This document shows positions 9,148 through 17,745 of a DNA stretch of 64,000 bases, piece by piece (position 1 is the stretch's first letter; the number at the start of each line of letters is the position of its first letter). Source of the stretch: a bacterium. GTDB lineage: Bacteria > UBA8248. Made by a program: the position numbers and the translations under genes. Below the pieces are notes generated by a model. That model saw only the letters and a program-made list of their open reading frames with translations, did no database searches and was not told the DNA's origin. Location: the NCBI GenBank assembly GCA_965203325.1, contig OZ241875.1, positions 1,504,001 through 1,568,000 on the forward strand, written 5' to 3'.

Positions 9148-10971
9148 TCAGGCGACGGTGACGGACTTCGCCAGCGCGCGCGGCCTGTCGACGTCGCGCT
9201 TGAGCGCCACCGCGAGGAAATACGCCAAAAGCTGCCCCGAGACGAGATGCAGGAAGGGCGCAAGCTGCGCGGATACCCTCGGCAGCACGATCTCTTCGCT
9301 GAAGAGCCCTTCCACCATCTCGTCTCCCTCGAAGCGGTAGCCCAGGACGAAGCCGCCGCGCGCGCGGACTTCTTCCGCGCTGCTCCTGGTGAGCGCGTGG
9401 AGTTCGGCTTCCTCGGGCGTGGGCATCAGGACGATGGTGTGCATGTTCTCATCTATCAGGGAGATGGTGCCGTGCTTCAAGAACCCCGCGCTCATCCCCT
9501 CCGCGTGTAGGTAGGTGACTTCCTTCATCTTGAGCGCGCATTCGAGCGCCGCGGGATAGTAGATGCCCCGGCCCAGGTAGAGCCAGTTCTTCATGTGCTG
9601 GTGCGCCTGCGCGGCCGTGTGGAAATAGCCCGAGCGTTCGTTGAGCGTCTCGAGCACGAGGTCGGACAAGGAGGCGACCTCTTCCCGCAGCGCCTCGACC
9701 TCCGCCTCGCTCAGACGCCCCGCGAGCAGACCCAGCTCCATCGAGGCGAGCAGCAATACGACCGCCTGGCTCAGGGCCGTCTTGGTGCTGATGACGCATT
9801 TTTCGGGTCCCGCGCCCTGGAGTATCGGAACGTCCACCGAACGGACCAGGGTGGAGCCCATCATGTTCACGATGCCCGCCGTCCTGGCGCCGCTCGCTTT
9901 CGCATGGCGCAGGGCGCTCAGGGTGTCGTAGGTCTCTCCCGACTGGCTGATGGCGCAAAAGCCGTCCTCGGGCCCGATATCCGCGATGTGGGCGAACTCG
10001 TCCGTACTGACGACGGGGAGATACTTCCCCCCCAGGCGGCTGAAGAAATACTGCCCCATCGACGCGATGTAATAAGTCGTTCCGACGCCGCCCAGAAAGC
10101 ATTGCCGCGATTCGTGAATCATCCCGGCCAGCGCCTGGATATCCTCCCTCGGAATCTGGAGGGCGGCCTGGACGGTGGTGGGCTGATCGTAAATCTCCTT
10201 GAGCATGAAATGGGGGTAGCCGCCCCGGCGCGCCTTCTCCGCGTCCCACTCGATCTCGGTGACTTCCTTGTCGACGCGTTCTCGGGTGAGCAGACTCTTG
10301 ACCGCATAGCTCTCCGGCGTGATGAGCGCGTATTCGCCGTCTTCCATGATGATCGCCCGGCGGGTGAACTCGAAGAACGCGCTGAAGTCCGACCCCACGT
10401 AGTTGGCGTCGTCCCCAAGGCCGATGATGAGGGGCGATTCGCGCTTCACGCAGAAGATACGGCCCGGTGAGTCGACCGAGATGACCGCCAGGGCGAAGGT
10501 GCCCTCGAGCTCGTCGATCGCCTCGACGAAGCCCTCCTCCACGTCCTGGCCGTTTCGCGCGATTTTCTGCGCCACCAGATGCGCGATGACTTCCGAATCC
10601 GTCTCGGAGCGGAACGCCGCGCCGTCGCGCGAGAGCCTCTCCTTGAGCTCCTTGTAGTTCGAGATGATGCCGTTGTGGACCACGGCCAGACGGCTCTCGT
10701 TGTCCGCGTGGGGGTGCGCGTTCGCCTGCGTCACCCCGCCGTGCGTCGCCCAGCGCGTATGCGCGATGCCCACCAGGCCCTTCATGTCCGTGAAGCGCTC
10801 CAGGGAATTCACCGCCTCCACGGTGCCCACGTTCTTTCGGATGTCTATCGCCCCGTTTCTCTGGACGGCCATGCCGCAGGAGTCGTATCCGCGGTATTCG
10901 AGAGCCGCGATGGAGCGCAGGAGCTTTTGCGAGACGTTCGCGCTCGCCGCCATGCCCGCGATGCCGCACAT
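9148..10971 (-). CDS. glmS: Glutamine--fructose-6-phosphate aminotransferase (isomerizing)
   Basis: MCGI, LEYRGYDS, HTRWATHG, HNGII, SQSGET, C-terminal PRALAKSVTV. Confidence 0.95.
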   Translation of the reverse strand: MCGIAGMAASANVSQKLLRSIAALEYRGYDSCGMAVQRNGAIDIRKNVGTVEAVNSLERFTDMKGLVGIAHTRWATHGGVTQANAHPHADNESRLAVVHNGIISNYKELKERLSRDGAAFRSETDSEVIAHLVAQKIARNGQDVEEGFVEAIDELEGTFALAVISVDSPGRIFCVKRESPLIIGLGDDANYVGSDFSAFFEFTRRAIIMEDGEYALITPESYAVKSLLTRERVDKEVTEIEWDAEKARRGGYPHFMLKEIYDQPTTVQAALQIPREDIQALAGMIHESRQCFLGGVGTTYYIASMGQYFFSRLGGKYLPVVSTDEFAHIADIGPEDGFCAISQSGETYDTLSALRHAKASGARTAGIVNMMGSTLVRSVDVPILQGAGPEKCVISTKTALSQAVVLLLASMELGLLAGRLSEAEVEALREEVASLSDLVLETLNERSGYFHTAAQAHQHMKNWLYLGRGIYYPAALECALKMKEVTYLHAEGMSAGFLKHGTISLIDENMHTIVLMPTPEEAELHALTRSSAEEVRARGGFVLGYRFEGDEMVEGLFSEEIVLPRVSAQLAPFLHLVSGQLLAYFLAVALKRDVDRPRALAKSVTVA

Positions 10972-10972
10972 G

Positions 10973-12178
10973 CTAGTTCTCTCCCCGGGGATAGGTATGG
11001 TGGTGCGGAACGACTTCACCGGGCGGCACGACGGTTCCCGAGGCCAGCGTATTCGAGGCGCCGACCAGCGCCCCGTCGCCCAGGAAGGAGCCCACCTTGT
11101 CGAGGCCCGAATCGACCTCGCCCTCCGGCATGGGCACCATGATGGGGGACTGGTCGAGATTCTGAATCAGCGTCAGCGTACCCGAACCCACCACGGCGTC
11201 CTCGCCGACGACGCTGTCGCCCACGAAGGAGAGGCGCCCCACCCGGACGCCGTTGAAGAGGATGCAGTTTTTGAGCTCCACGCCGAAGCCGATGGTCGCG
11301 TTCGCGCCGATGGCCGTATAGGGGCGCACCAAGACCCCGTTTCCCAGAAACGTATTCTCCCCGATGAAGCACGGGCCGAAGATGGAGGCACCCGATTCGA
11401 TCACCACGTTTTTCTCGATCACGACGGGCCCCCGGAACTGCACCGCGCCCCGAAGGCGCACGCTGCCGTCCACGCGGGCCTCGCTCCAGGTGTCCATGAC
11501 CATCTGGTTTCCCTTGAGCAGATCCCAGGGGTGCTGGGCGTCCAGCCAGGGTTCCTCCCAGATCGAGGAGCGAATCCCCTCGCCCGCGCAGAGTTCGTTG
11601 AACGCCTCGTCCATCTCGAGGCTTTCGAGCAAATCGAACAGCCGGTAGGGCATGACGAACACGCCGGCCAGCACGTAATTGCCCACCTCGCGCTCCACGG
11701 GCTTCTCCACCAGCCGCTCTATCTGCATGTCCTTGCCGAGATAGACCGTGCCGTAGTTCTGGGCATGGGGGGTGTGGCAAATCGCCGCCACGGGCTGGTG
11801 AAAAGAGCCGAACGCCTGAACGACCTGGCGGTACATGTTCTCCGACGCCAGCACGTCCGCGTATACCAGCAGAAACGACTCATCCTCCTGAAAATGGCCT
11901 TTCGCGAGGCTGATGGCGTCGCGGATGCCCGTGGGCTCTTCCTGGCGGATGTACTGAATCGTCATCCCGTAGCGCGAACCCTGGCCGAATTCGTTGATGA
12001 TCCTGTCGGCGCGGTGACCGACGACGACGACCAGATCGCTGACGCCGGCGGCGCGTATTTTCTTGAGCGCCGAATGCAGGAGCATCTCGCCCGCCATCGG
12101 CAGCATCGCCTTGGGCCGGGTATTCGTAAACGGATATAAACCGGCTCCTCGGCCGGCCGCCAGAATCAGTGCCCTCAC
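10973..12178 (-). CDS. Bifunctional sugar-1-phosphate nucleotidyltransferase/acetyltransferase (archaeal-type GlmU)
   Basis: LILAAGRGAGLYPFTNTRPKAMLP, LVEKP, PWDLL, C-terminal LbH repeats with VELKNC and SFVGDSVVG. Confidence 0.85.
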   Translation of the reverse strand: MRALILAAGRGAGLYPFTNTRPKAMLPMAGEMLLHSALKKIRAAGVSDLVVVVGHRADRIINEFGQGSRYGMTIQYIRQEEPTGIRDAISLAKGHFQEDESFLLVYADVLASENMYRQVVQAFGSFHQPVAAICHTPHAQNYGTVYLGKDMQIERLVEKPVEREVGNYVLAGVFVMPYRLFDLLESLEMDEAFNELCAGEGIRSSIWEEPWLDAQHPWDLLKGNQMVMDTWSEARVDGSVRLRGAVQFRGPVVIEKNVVIESGASIFGPCFIGENTFLGNGVLVRPYTAIGANATIGFGVELKNCILFNGVRVGRLSFVGDSVVGEDAVVGSGTLTLIQNLDQSPIMVPMPEGEVDSGLDKVGSFLGDGALVGASNTLASGTVVPPGEVVPHHHTYPRGEN

Positions 12179-12268
12179 GAGATACCTTCCTGAAATTCGT
12201 ACAAATCCGCCCCGAAACGGGCGCTTCCACTCGCTTTTTCTATCTTGCGGGGGAAATTATAGCAAATC

Positions 12269-12529
12269 GGGGTTGTGGAAAAACCCCGTGTCGCGAGCAT
12301 CGCCCTTACCCCCTGACAAGGAGGTGTTAAAAAACCCTTGCGGGTCGGGCCAAATCACTCCCCACTTGATGGGGCTGTTGAAAAAGTCGGAGAAGGAAGT
12401 GTGTAGGGGTCGCATACATGCGACCCTGTTTTTTTCTCCCACTACGAGGGCCGCATGTATGCGGCCCCTACACTCCCTGCGACAAGGCCGAATCCTATTG
12501 CCGTCATTGCAGGGCTTTTCAACCAACCC
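12269..12529. repeat. Composite REP/MITE-like element containing an inverted GTAG-REP doublet
   Basis: GTAGGGGTCGCATACATGCGACCCT (12403-12427) and inverted AGGGCCGCATGTATGCGGCCCCTAC (12447-12471), bracketed by GGGGCTGTTGAAAAAG (12371) and GGCTTTTCAACCAACCC (~12513-12529). Confidence 0.75.
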
Positions 12530-12551
12530 AGATCAGGCGGCTTTGCGCGCA

Positions 12552-13313
12552 TCAGCCCTTGAACCGGCGCTTCTCGTAAATCTCCTGCGCCCGGCGCAGG
12601 TCCTCCGGCGTGTTCACGCCCAGCGCCTCTTCGGGCGACGCCAGCTCAAGGCCTTGGATAACGCGACCCTCGGCGCGCGCGATAGGGAAAACGTCGGGCA
12701 GGTAGTACTCCCCCTGGTTGTTCTCGGCCCTGATCCTCGGCAGGGCGGCGCGCAGGAAAGCGGCCTCGAAGGCATAGGCGCCCGTGTTGATCTCGATAAT
12801 TTCCTTCTGCGCATCCGTCGCGTCCGCCTCCTCCACCACGCCGATGAGTTCCCCCCCCTCGCGCAGGGCGCGGCCATACCCGTGCGGCTCCCCGGCAATG
12901 GCCGTGAGCATGGTGGCCGTCGCATCCGCCTCAACATGAAGGCGCGCCAACTGCTTGAGAGTAGCCGTTCGTATCAAGGGCGCATCGCCGCACAGGAGAT
13001 ACAGATGTTCCGCCTCGGAGGACAGGGCGGACAAGCCGACCTCGGCGGCATGGCCCGTGCCGAGCTGTTCTTCCTGAACGGTGAAAACGATATCCCCGTC
13101 ATCGCCGGAAAACGCCTCCTGAACGTCCCGGGCCTGATGGCCCACGACGACGACGATGGCGTGAGCGCCCGCCGCTCTCGCAGTGGCTACGACATGGCGG
13201 ATCATCGGCTCCCCGCCCACCGGATGGAGCACTTTCGCCAGCGGGGACCCCATGCGTTTTCCCCGGCCGGCCGCAAGGATGACGGCGGCGAATCCATCGC
13301 CTCGATGCGCCAA
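12552..13313 (-). CDS. Bacterial GlmU N-terminal (uridyltransferase-only) protein
   Basis: LAAGRGKRMGSPLAKVLHPVGG, QEEQLGTGHA, LCGDAPLI, GYGR, EINTGAY, NNQGEYYLPD, GVNT; ends before the LbH domain. TTG start is uncertain. Confidence 0.85.
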   Translation of the reverse strand: MAHRGDGFAAVILAAGRGKRMGSPLAKVLHPVGGEPMIRHVVATARAAGAHAIVVVVGHQARDVQEAFSGDDGDIVFTVQEEQLGTGHAAEVGLSALSSEAEHLYLLCGDAPLIRTATLKQLARLHVEADATATMLTAIAGEPHGYGRALREGGELIGVVEEADATDAQKEIIEINTGAYAFEAAFLRAALPRIRAENNQGEYYLPDVFPIARAEGRVIQGLELASPEEALGVNTPEDLRRAQEIYEKRRFKG

Positions 13314-13317
13314 AAAT

Positions 13318-14706
13318 TTATCTCCGGCGGGAGGGGGAAGGCTTGGTGAGGCCGAATTCCAGGAGTTTTCTTCTCAGCGTGTTGCGGTTCATGCCCAACA
13401 GGCGCGCCGCCTGCACCTGGTTTCCGCCCGCTTCGCGGAGCACCAGTTCGAGCAGGGGTTTTTCGACGCTGCGGATGGTGTGGTCATAGAAGTCGCTGCT
13501 CTCCCCATCGCCCAGGGCGGTGACCACCGAGGAGAGCCTGTCGCGGAAAAAGCCCTCGATGTCGCCGCCTCCCTTTCCCCGGGGCGTGGAGCTCAAGTCA
13601 TCGAGCGAAATCGAGTTGCCCTCGCTCACGAGGAAGGCGCGGCACACGGCCATCTCGAGTTCGGACTCATTTCCCCACCATTTTTGCCCCGAAAACCAAT
13701 CCATCGCCGCCGGCGTGATCCGCCTTCTCGGCTGACCGATGCGGCTCGAGAATTCATCCAGAATCCCCTGGGCCACGAGCGAAATGTCCTTTTTTCGATC
13801 GCGCAGCGGGGGAATCTTGATGAAGCGAGTTGTTTCCTTGCGATACAGACGCTTGAGAATCGTGTCCTGTATCAGCCTTTCGGGGTCGTGCGTACAGCCG
13901 AATATCACGCGGAACTCTTGGGAGAGGCTTTTTTTCCCAAAAACCTTTGCCAACGCCTTCTGGTGATCCCTGCCGATGAGCTGGGCGTCCTCGATGAAGA
14001 GCGTACCCCCTTTTTCGACGATATCGCCCTCTTCGCCGCGTTTTTCTTCCATGCGCTTGATGGCTTTCTCCAGCACCGAGGCGCGCCTCATTTTCGGCCC
14101 CCAGTGCAGGAACGGATGCCTCGCACCGGGATACTGGGAATGCAGCGCGCGGGCGACGAGCCTGAAATTCAGCCCCTTCTCCCCTTCGAGGAGAATCGTG
14201 CGGTATTTCTGCCCCGCAAGCTGAATCGAGCGCCTCAGCCTCTCCGCCGCCGCGCTCGTTCCCACGAACCGCCAGCCGCCGGACTCTTCCCGCGCCTCGG
14301 TGCGAAGCCACCTGAGCTCCCTGCGAAGATTTCCCTCCTCGCTCAAGGCGCGTGAGAACTGGAACACTTCCTCGGGATGTACCTCGTCGACGAAAACAGC
14401 CCTCGCGCCCGAGTTGATGCTCAAGGGCGTGAACCCCTTGTCCTCGGGGCGCAGCACCGCGGCGAAAGGCTTGCCCGTCTCCGCGATTCTCCGCATCGGG
14501 GCCGCCGCTGCGGGGTCGGTCGCCCCGTAAAGAATGAAGTCGCACCAATTCGTGCGCGCGCGCGCCTTATGAGGCGTTTCGAAATAAAGCGTCTCCATGC
14601 CGATGTTCCGCAAGCCGCCGAGCAAACCCTCTCTTGCCGGCGTGAGGCGGCCTACGAAGAGCGCCTTGGCGCGTATCGCTTCCTTGTTGATTGCGCTCAC
14701 CGGCAC
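13318..14706 (-). CDS. NtrC/Fis-family regulator with a degenerate sigma-54 activator domain
   Basis: IPPLRDRKKDI, WWGNESEL and an intact C-terminal HTH GGNQVQAARLLGMNRNTLRRKL; Walker A degenerate and no GAFTGA. Confidence 0.8.
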   Translation of the reverse strand: MPVSAINKEAIRAKALFVGRLTPAREGLLGGLRNIGMETLYFETPHKARARTNWCDFILYGATDPAAAAPMRRIAETGKPFAAVLRPEDKGFTPLSINSGARAVFVDEVHPEEVFQFSRALSEEGNLRRELRWLRTEAREESGGWRFVGTSAAAERLRRSIQLAGQKYRTILLEGEKGLNFRLVARALHSQYPGARHPFLHWGPKMRRASVLEKAIKRMEEKRGEEGDIVEKGGTLFIEDAQLIGRDHQKALAKVFGKKSLSQEFRVIFGCTHDPERLIQDTILKRLYRKETTRFIKIPPLRDRKKDISLVAQGILDEFSSRIGQPRRRITPAAMDWFSGQKWWGNESELEMAVCRAFLVSEGNSISLDDLSSTPRGKGGGDIEGFFRDRLSSVVTALGDGESSDFYDHTIRSVEKPLLELVLREAGGNQVQAARLLGMNRNTLRRKLLEFGLTKPSPSRRR

Positions 14707-14712
14707 ATATCC

Positions 14713-15018
14713 TCAAAATATCCGAAAGACCGGCCCGGTATCCGAAAGACCGGAAAAGACCACTTTATCGCCGATGGACGGCTCGCTTTCGTCATCATCC
14801 GCCAAGCGGGCGAGTATTCGCCCCCCCTCTTCCAACTCCACCAAAGCGAGAAGGTAGGGCGTCGGCATCCCCTGGGCCCCCATGTGAACCGATGAGAAGC
14901 TGTAGACGACTCCCCGCCCGGAGGCTCGCCTCTCCTCCATCTGTGCGCCGCAATGCCCGCAGCGCTCCGCGCCTTCCAGATAAATCCGCCCGCATCCGGC
15001 GCAAACGAAGGTCTCCAT
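14713..15018 (-). CDS. DUF35 Zn-ribbon/OB-fold protein
   Basis: CAGCG...CGHCG, GRGVVYSFS, PYLLALVELEEG; downstream of a thiolase. Confidence 0.85.
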   Translation of the reverse strand: METFVCAGCGRIYLEGAERCGHCGAQMEERRASGRGVVYSFSSVHMGAQGMPTPYLLALVELEEGGRILARLADDDESEPSIGDKVVFSGLSDTGPVFRIF

Positions 15019-15043
15019 GCGTGAACACCCGCCCTTCTCCGCC

Positions 15044-16204
15044 TCAGGCGGTCGCACCCAGAATATGCACGGCGCACGTGGCGCCCGAGCCTCCCAGATT
15101 GTGGGCCAGACCCACCTCGGCGCCCGGAACCTGGCGCGCGCCCGCCTCTCCGCGCAGCTGAAGCGTGAGTTCATGAATCTGCGCCACGCCCGTCGCCCCT
15201 ACCGGGTGGCCTTTCGATTTCAGGCCGCCGCTGGTGTTCACCGGCATCGCGCCGCCGAGCTTCGTCATCCCCTCGACCGCGCCGCGGCCTCCCTCGCCTT
15301 TGGCGAAAAACCCCAAATCCTCGAGCGCGATGATCTCCGCCATCGTGAAACAATCGTGAATCTCGGCCAGGTCGACGTCCTCGCGGCTCAGCCCCGCCTG
15401 GGAGAAAGCCGCCTCTCCCGCCTTTTGCGTGGCGTAAAACGACGTAATGTCGCGCTTGTCGGAGAGCGCGGGAGAATCCGAAGCCTGCGCCGATGCGAGA
15501 ACCTCGACGGGCTTTTCATGATACGCAGCGGCCGTTTCCGCCGGGCACAGCACGACGGCCGCCGCCCCGTCGCTGATGAGCGAACAATCGAAAAGCCCGA
15601 GCGGTTCGGCAACGGGCTTGGCGTCCAGCACTTGAGGAAGCGTCACGTCCTTTTGCATGTGGGCGTTCGGGTTGAGCTTGCCGTGGGCGTGGTTTTTCAC
15701 CGCCACGTGGGCGATCTCCTCGCGCGTCGTCCCGTGCTCGTGCATGTGGCGCCGGGCGATGAGGCCGAAAAGGGCGGGAAACGTGGAGCCGACGCTCGCC
15801 TCCACCGCCACGTCCCCGGCGGCGGCGAGGATGGAGGCCGTCTCGTCCGTCTCGGCGGAAGTCATCTTCTCCACACCCGCGATGAGGACGAAATCCACCT
15901 GGCCCGAAGCCACGGCCAGCACCCCCTGGCGCATGGCGAGTCCCCCGGAGGCGCAAGCGCCCTCGAGACGGGTGCAGGGCACCGCGCCCAGCCCCGCCGC
16001 GTGCGCCACCATGGGCGCGATGTGGTTCTGCCCGGTGAAGGCCTGGCCGGCGAAATTCCCCAGAAAAAACGCCTCGATCCGCTCAGGACCGAGGCCCGCG
16101 TCTTCAAGCGCGTCCCTGCAGGCGATTGCCCCCAGGGCGACGAGACTCTCCGCCCGCACCCCGAAGGGCGTGATGCCCACTCCGATGATCGATACGCCGC
16201 GCAC
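15044..16204 (-). CDS. Thiolase (SCP2/archaeal type) acetyl-CoA acetyltransferase
   Basis: EGACASGG, KNHAHG, DCSLISDGAAA, AEIHDCF, NTSGGLKSKGHPVGATG. Confidence 0.9.
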   Translation of the reverse strand: MRGVSIIGVGITPFGVRAESLVALGAIACRDALEDAGLGPERIEAFFLGNFAGQAFTGQNHIAPMVAHAAGLGAVPCTRLEGACASGGLAMRQGVLAVASGQVDFVLIAGVEKMTSAETDETASILAAAGDVAVEASVGSTFPALFGLIARRHMHEHGTTREEIAHVAVKNHAHGKLNPNAHMQKDVTLPQVLDAKPVAEPLGLFDCSLISDGAAAVVLCPAETAAAYHEKPVEVLASAQASDSPALSDKRDITSFYATQKAGEAAFSQAGLSREDVDLAEIHDCFTMAEIIALEDLGFFAKGEGGRGAVEGMTKLGGAMPVNTSGGLKSKGHPVGATGVAQIHELTLQLRGEAGARQVPGAEVGLAHNLGGSGATCAVHILGATA

Positions 16205-16224
16205 TTTTCACCCCCTCGCTGTAT

Positions 16225-17553
16225 TCATACGCACGATTCACGCAAATCCACAAACCTTTTCGCCTTGAACGTCGTTCGCTCGAAAGAACCCGCGGGCAAA
16301 ACCTCCACCTCGGGCGTCACCAGGAGTTCCGACCTGAGCCTGTCGCGCAATTTATCGCCCAAGCCCGAGTTCGCCTCCCCCTCGGCGGCTTCGGCCACGA
16401 CGACGCAGCGGTCCCGCCCCGTCGATTCATCCGGGTGCAATTCCACGCGGAACTCGTTGCTGAGGCCTGCGAAACTCCGCACCACCTCTTCCACCTGGAT
16501 GGGATAGAACTTCGCCCCCTTGTAGATGACGAGATCGTCATGCCGCCCGAGAATCCCCCCGGGCGAGCGCAGGTGCGTTCTGCCGCAAGGGCTCGGGGAG
16601 CTGTCCACGCGCGCGAAATCGTTCGTCCAGTAGCGCAGCATGGGCGTGGCCTCGCGCGTGAGATGCGTGACGACGAGAATGCCCACCTCGCCCTCGGGCG
16701 TCGGTTTTTTCGTCTCGGGGTCGATCACCTCGATGATGTGGTGATCCTCCGCCCAGATGAGACCCGATTTCGCCACAGACTCGCTCGCGAAAGTCGGCCC
16801 GATCTCACCCAGCCCGTAATAATCATATGCGTCGACGCCGAGGGCGGCTTCGATACGAGAGCGCGTTGAGGGGTTCTGCGCGCCCGCCTCTCCGCCGAAA
16901 GAGCCGATTTTCAAAGGGATTTCACCGGGGTCCACGCCGCTCTCGGTGAGTTTTTCGCCGATGTACAGACCATAGCTCGGCGTGCTCAGGAGCACCGTGG
17001 AACCGATGGTGGTGAGATAGAGTATCTGCCGCTCCGTCATGGCGGCGCCGATGGGGATCACGAAACAACCGATCTTCTGCGTGGCGTAGTGCACACTCAT
17101 CCCGGCCACCCACAGGCCGTAGCTGAACGCGTTCTGGACGATGTCGCCCGGCCGCACGCCGAAACTCCACATCGTGCGCGCCGTGAAATCTGCGATGTTC
17201 TCGACGTCCGTCTTGCTCCAGATCGTACTCACGGGCACGCCGGTAGTCCCCGTGGAGGGGTGAAGCTCTCCCCACGTCGAAGGCTCGGCGACGGCGTATC
17301 GCCCGAAGGGCGGATGCGCTTGCTGCTCGTCTCTGAGTTCCTGCTTGGTGACGAAAGGAATTTTCTGCAGGTCGTCGAGGCTGCGAATCGAATCGGGTCC
17401 CAAGCCCGCCGCATCGAGGCGTTCGCGGTAGAATTCGGATTCCCGGTGGCAGCGGCGAACCTGCCACTTGAGCCGTTCGAGTTGCAGGGAGGCGAGTTCA
17501 TCGCGCGCCATGCGTTCGATGCGCCGATCCCAAAAATCGCCGTTATCCACCAT
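16225..17553 (-). CDS. Phenylacetate--CoA ligase family protein
   Basis: LQLERLK, PFVTKQELRD, STGTTG, YGLWVAG, YGLGE, ATPMLRYWTND, GRHDDL. Confidence 0.88.
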   Translation of the reverse strand: MVDNGDFWDRRIERMARDELASLQLERLKWQVRRCHRESEFYRERLDAAGLGPDSIRSLDDLQKIPFVTKQELRDEQQAHPPFGRYAVAEPSTWGELHPSTGTTGVPVSTIWSKTDVENIADFTARTMWSFGVRPGDIVQNAFSYGLWVAGMSVHYATQKIGCFVIPIGAAMTERQILYLTTIGSTVLLSTPSYGLYIGEKLTESGVDPGEIPLKIGSFGGEAGAQNPSTRSRIEAALGVDAYDYYGLGEIGPTFASESVAKSGLIWAEDHHIIEVIDPETKKPTPEGEVGILVVTHLTREATPMLRYWTNDFARVDSSPSPCGRTHLRSPGGILGRHDDLVIYKGAKFYPIQVEEVVRSFAGLSNEFRVELHPDESTGRDRCVVVAEAAEGEANSGLGDKLRDRLRSELLVTPEVEVLPAGSFERTTFKAKRFVDLRESCV

Positions 17554-17745
17554 GGTCGCGGAACCTTATGGAGAAAGAATAAAAGCGAGCAAACCCGTCC
17601 CGCACCCCAAAACCCGTATTCAATTTGCTGACGAAAGTCCCGGAAAGAGACGCTAGAAAAAATAGCACACCGGAGAATGGCGCGCAAGAATACGTTTTTC
17701 AAAACAACTTCGTTTTACCGCCCTGCCGAGCGCAGCGGAGAAAAA

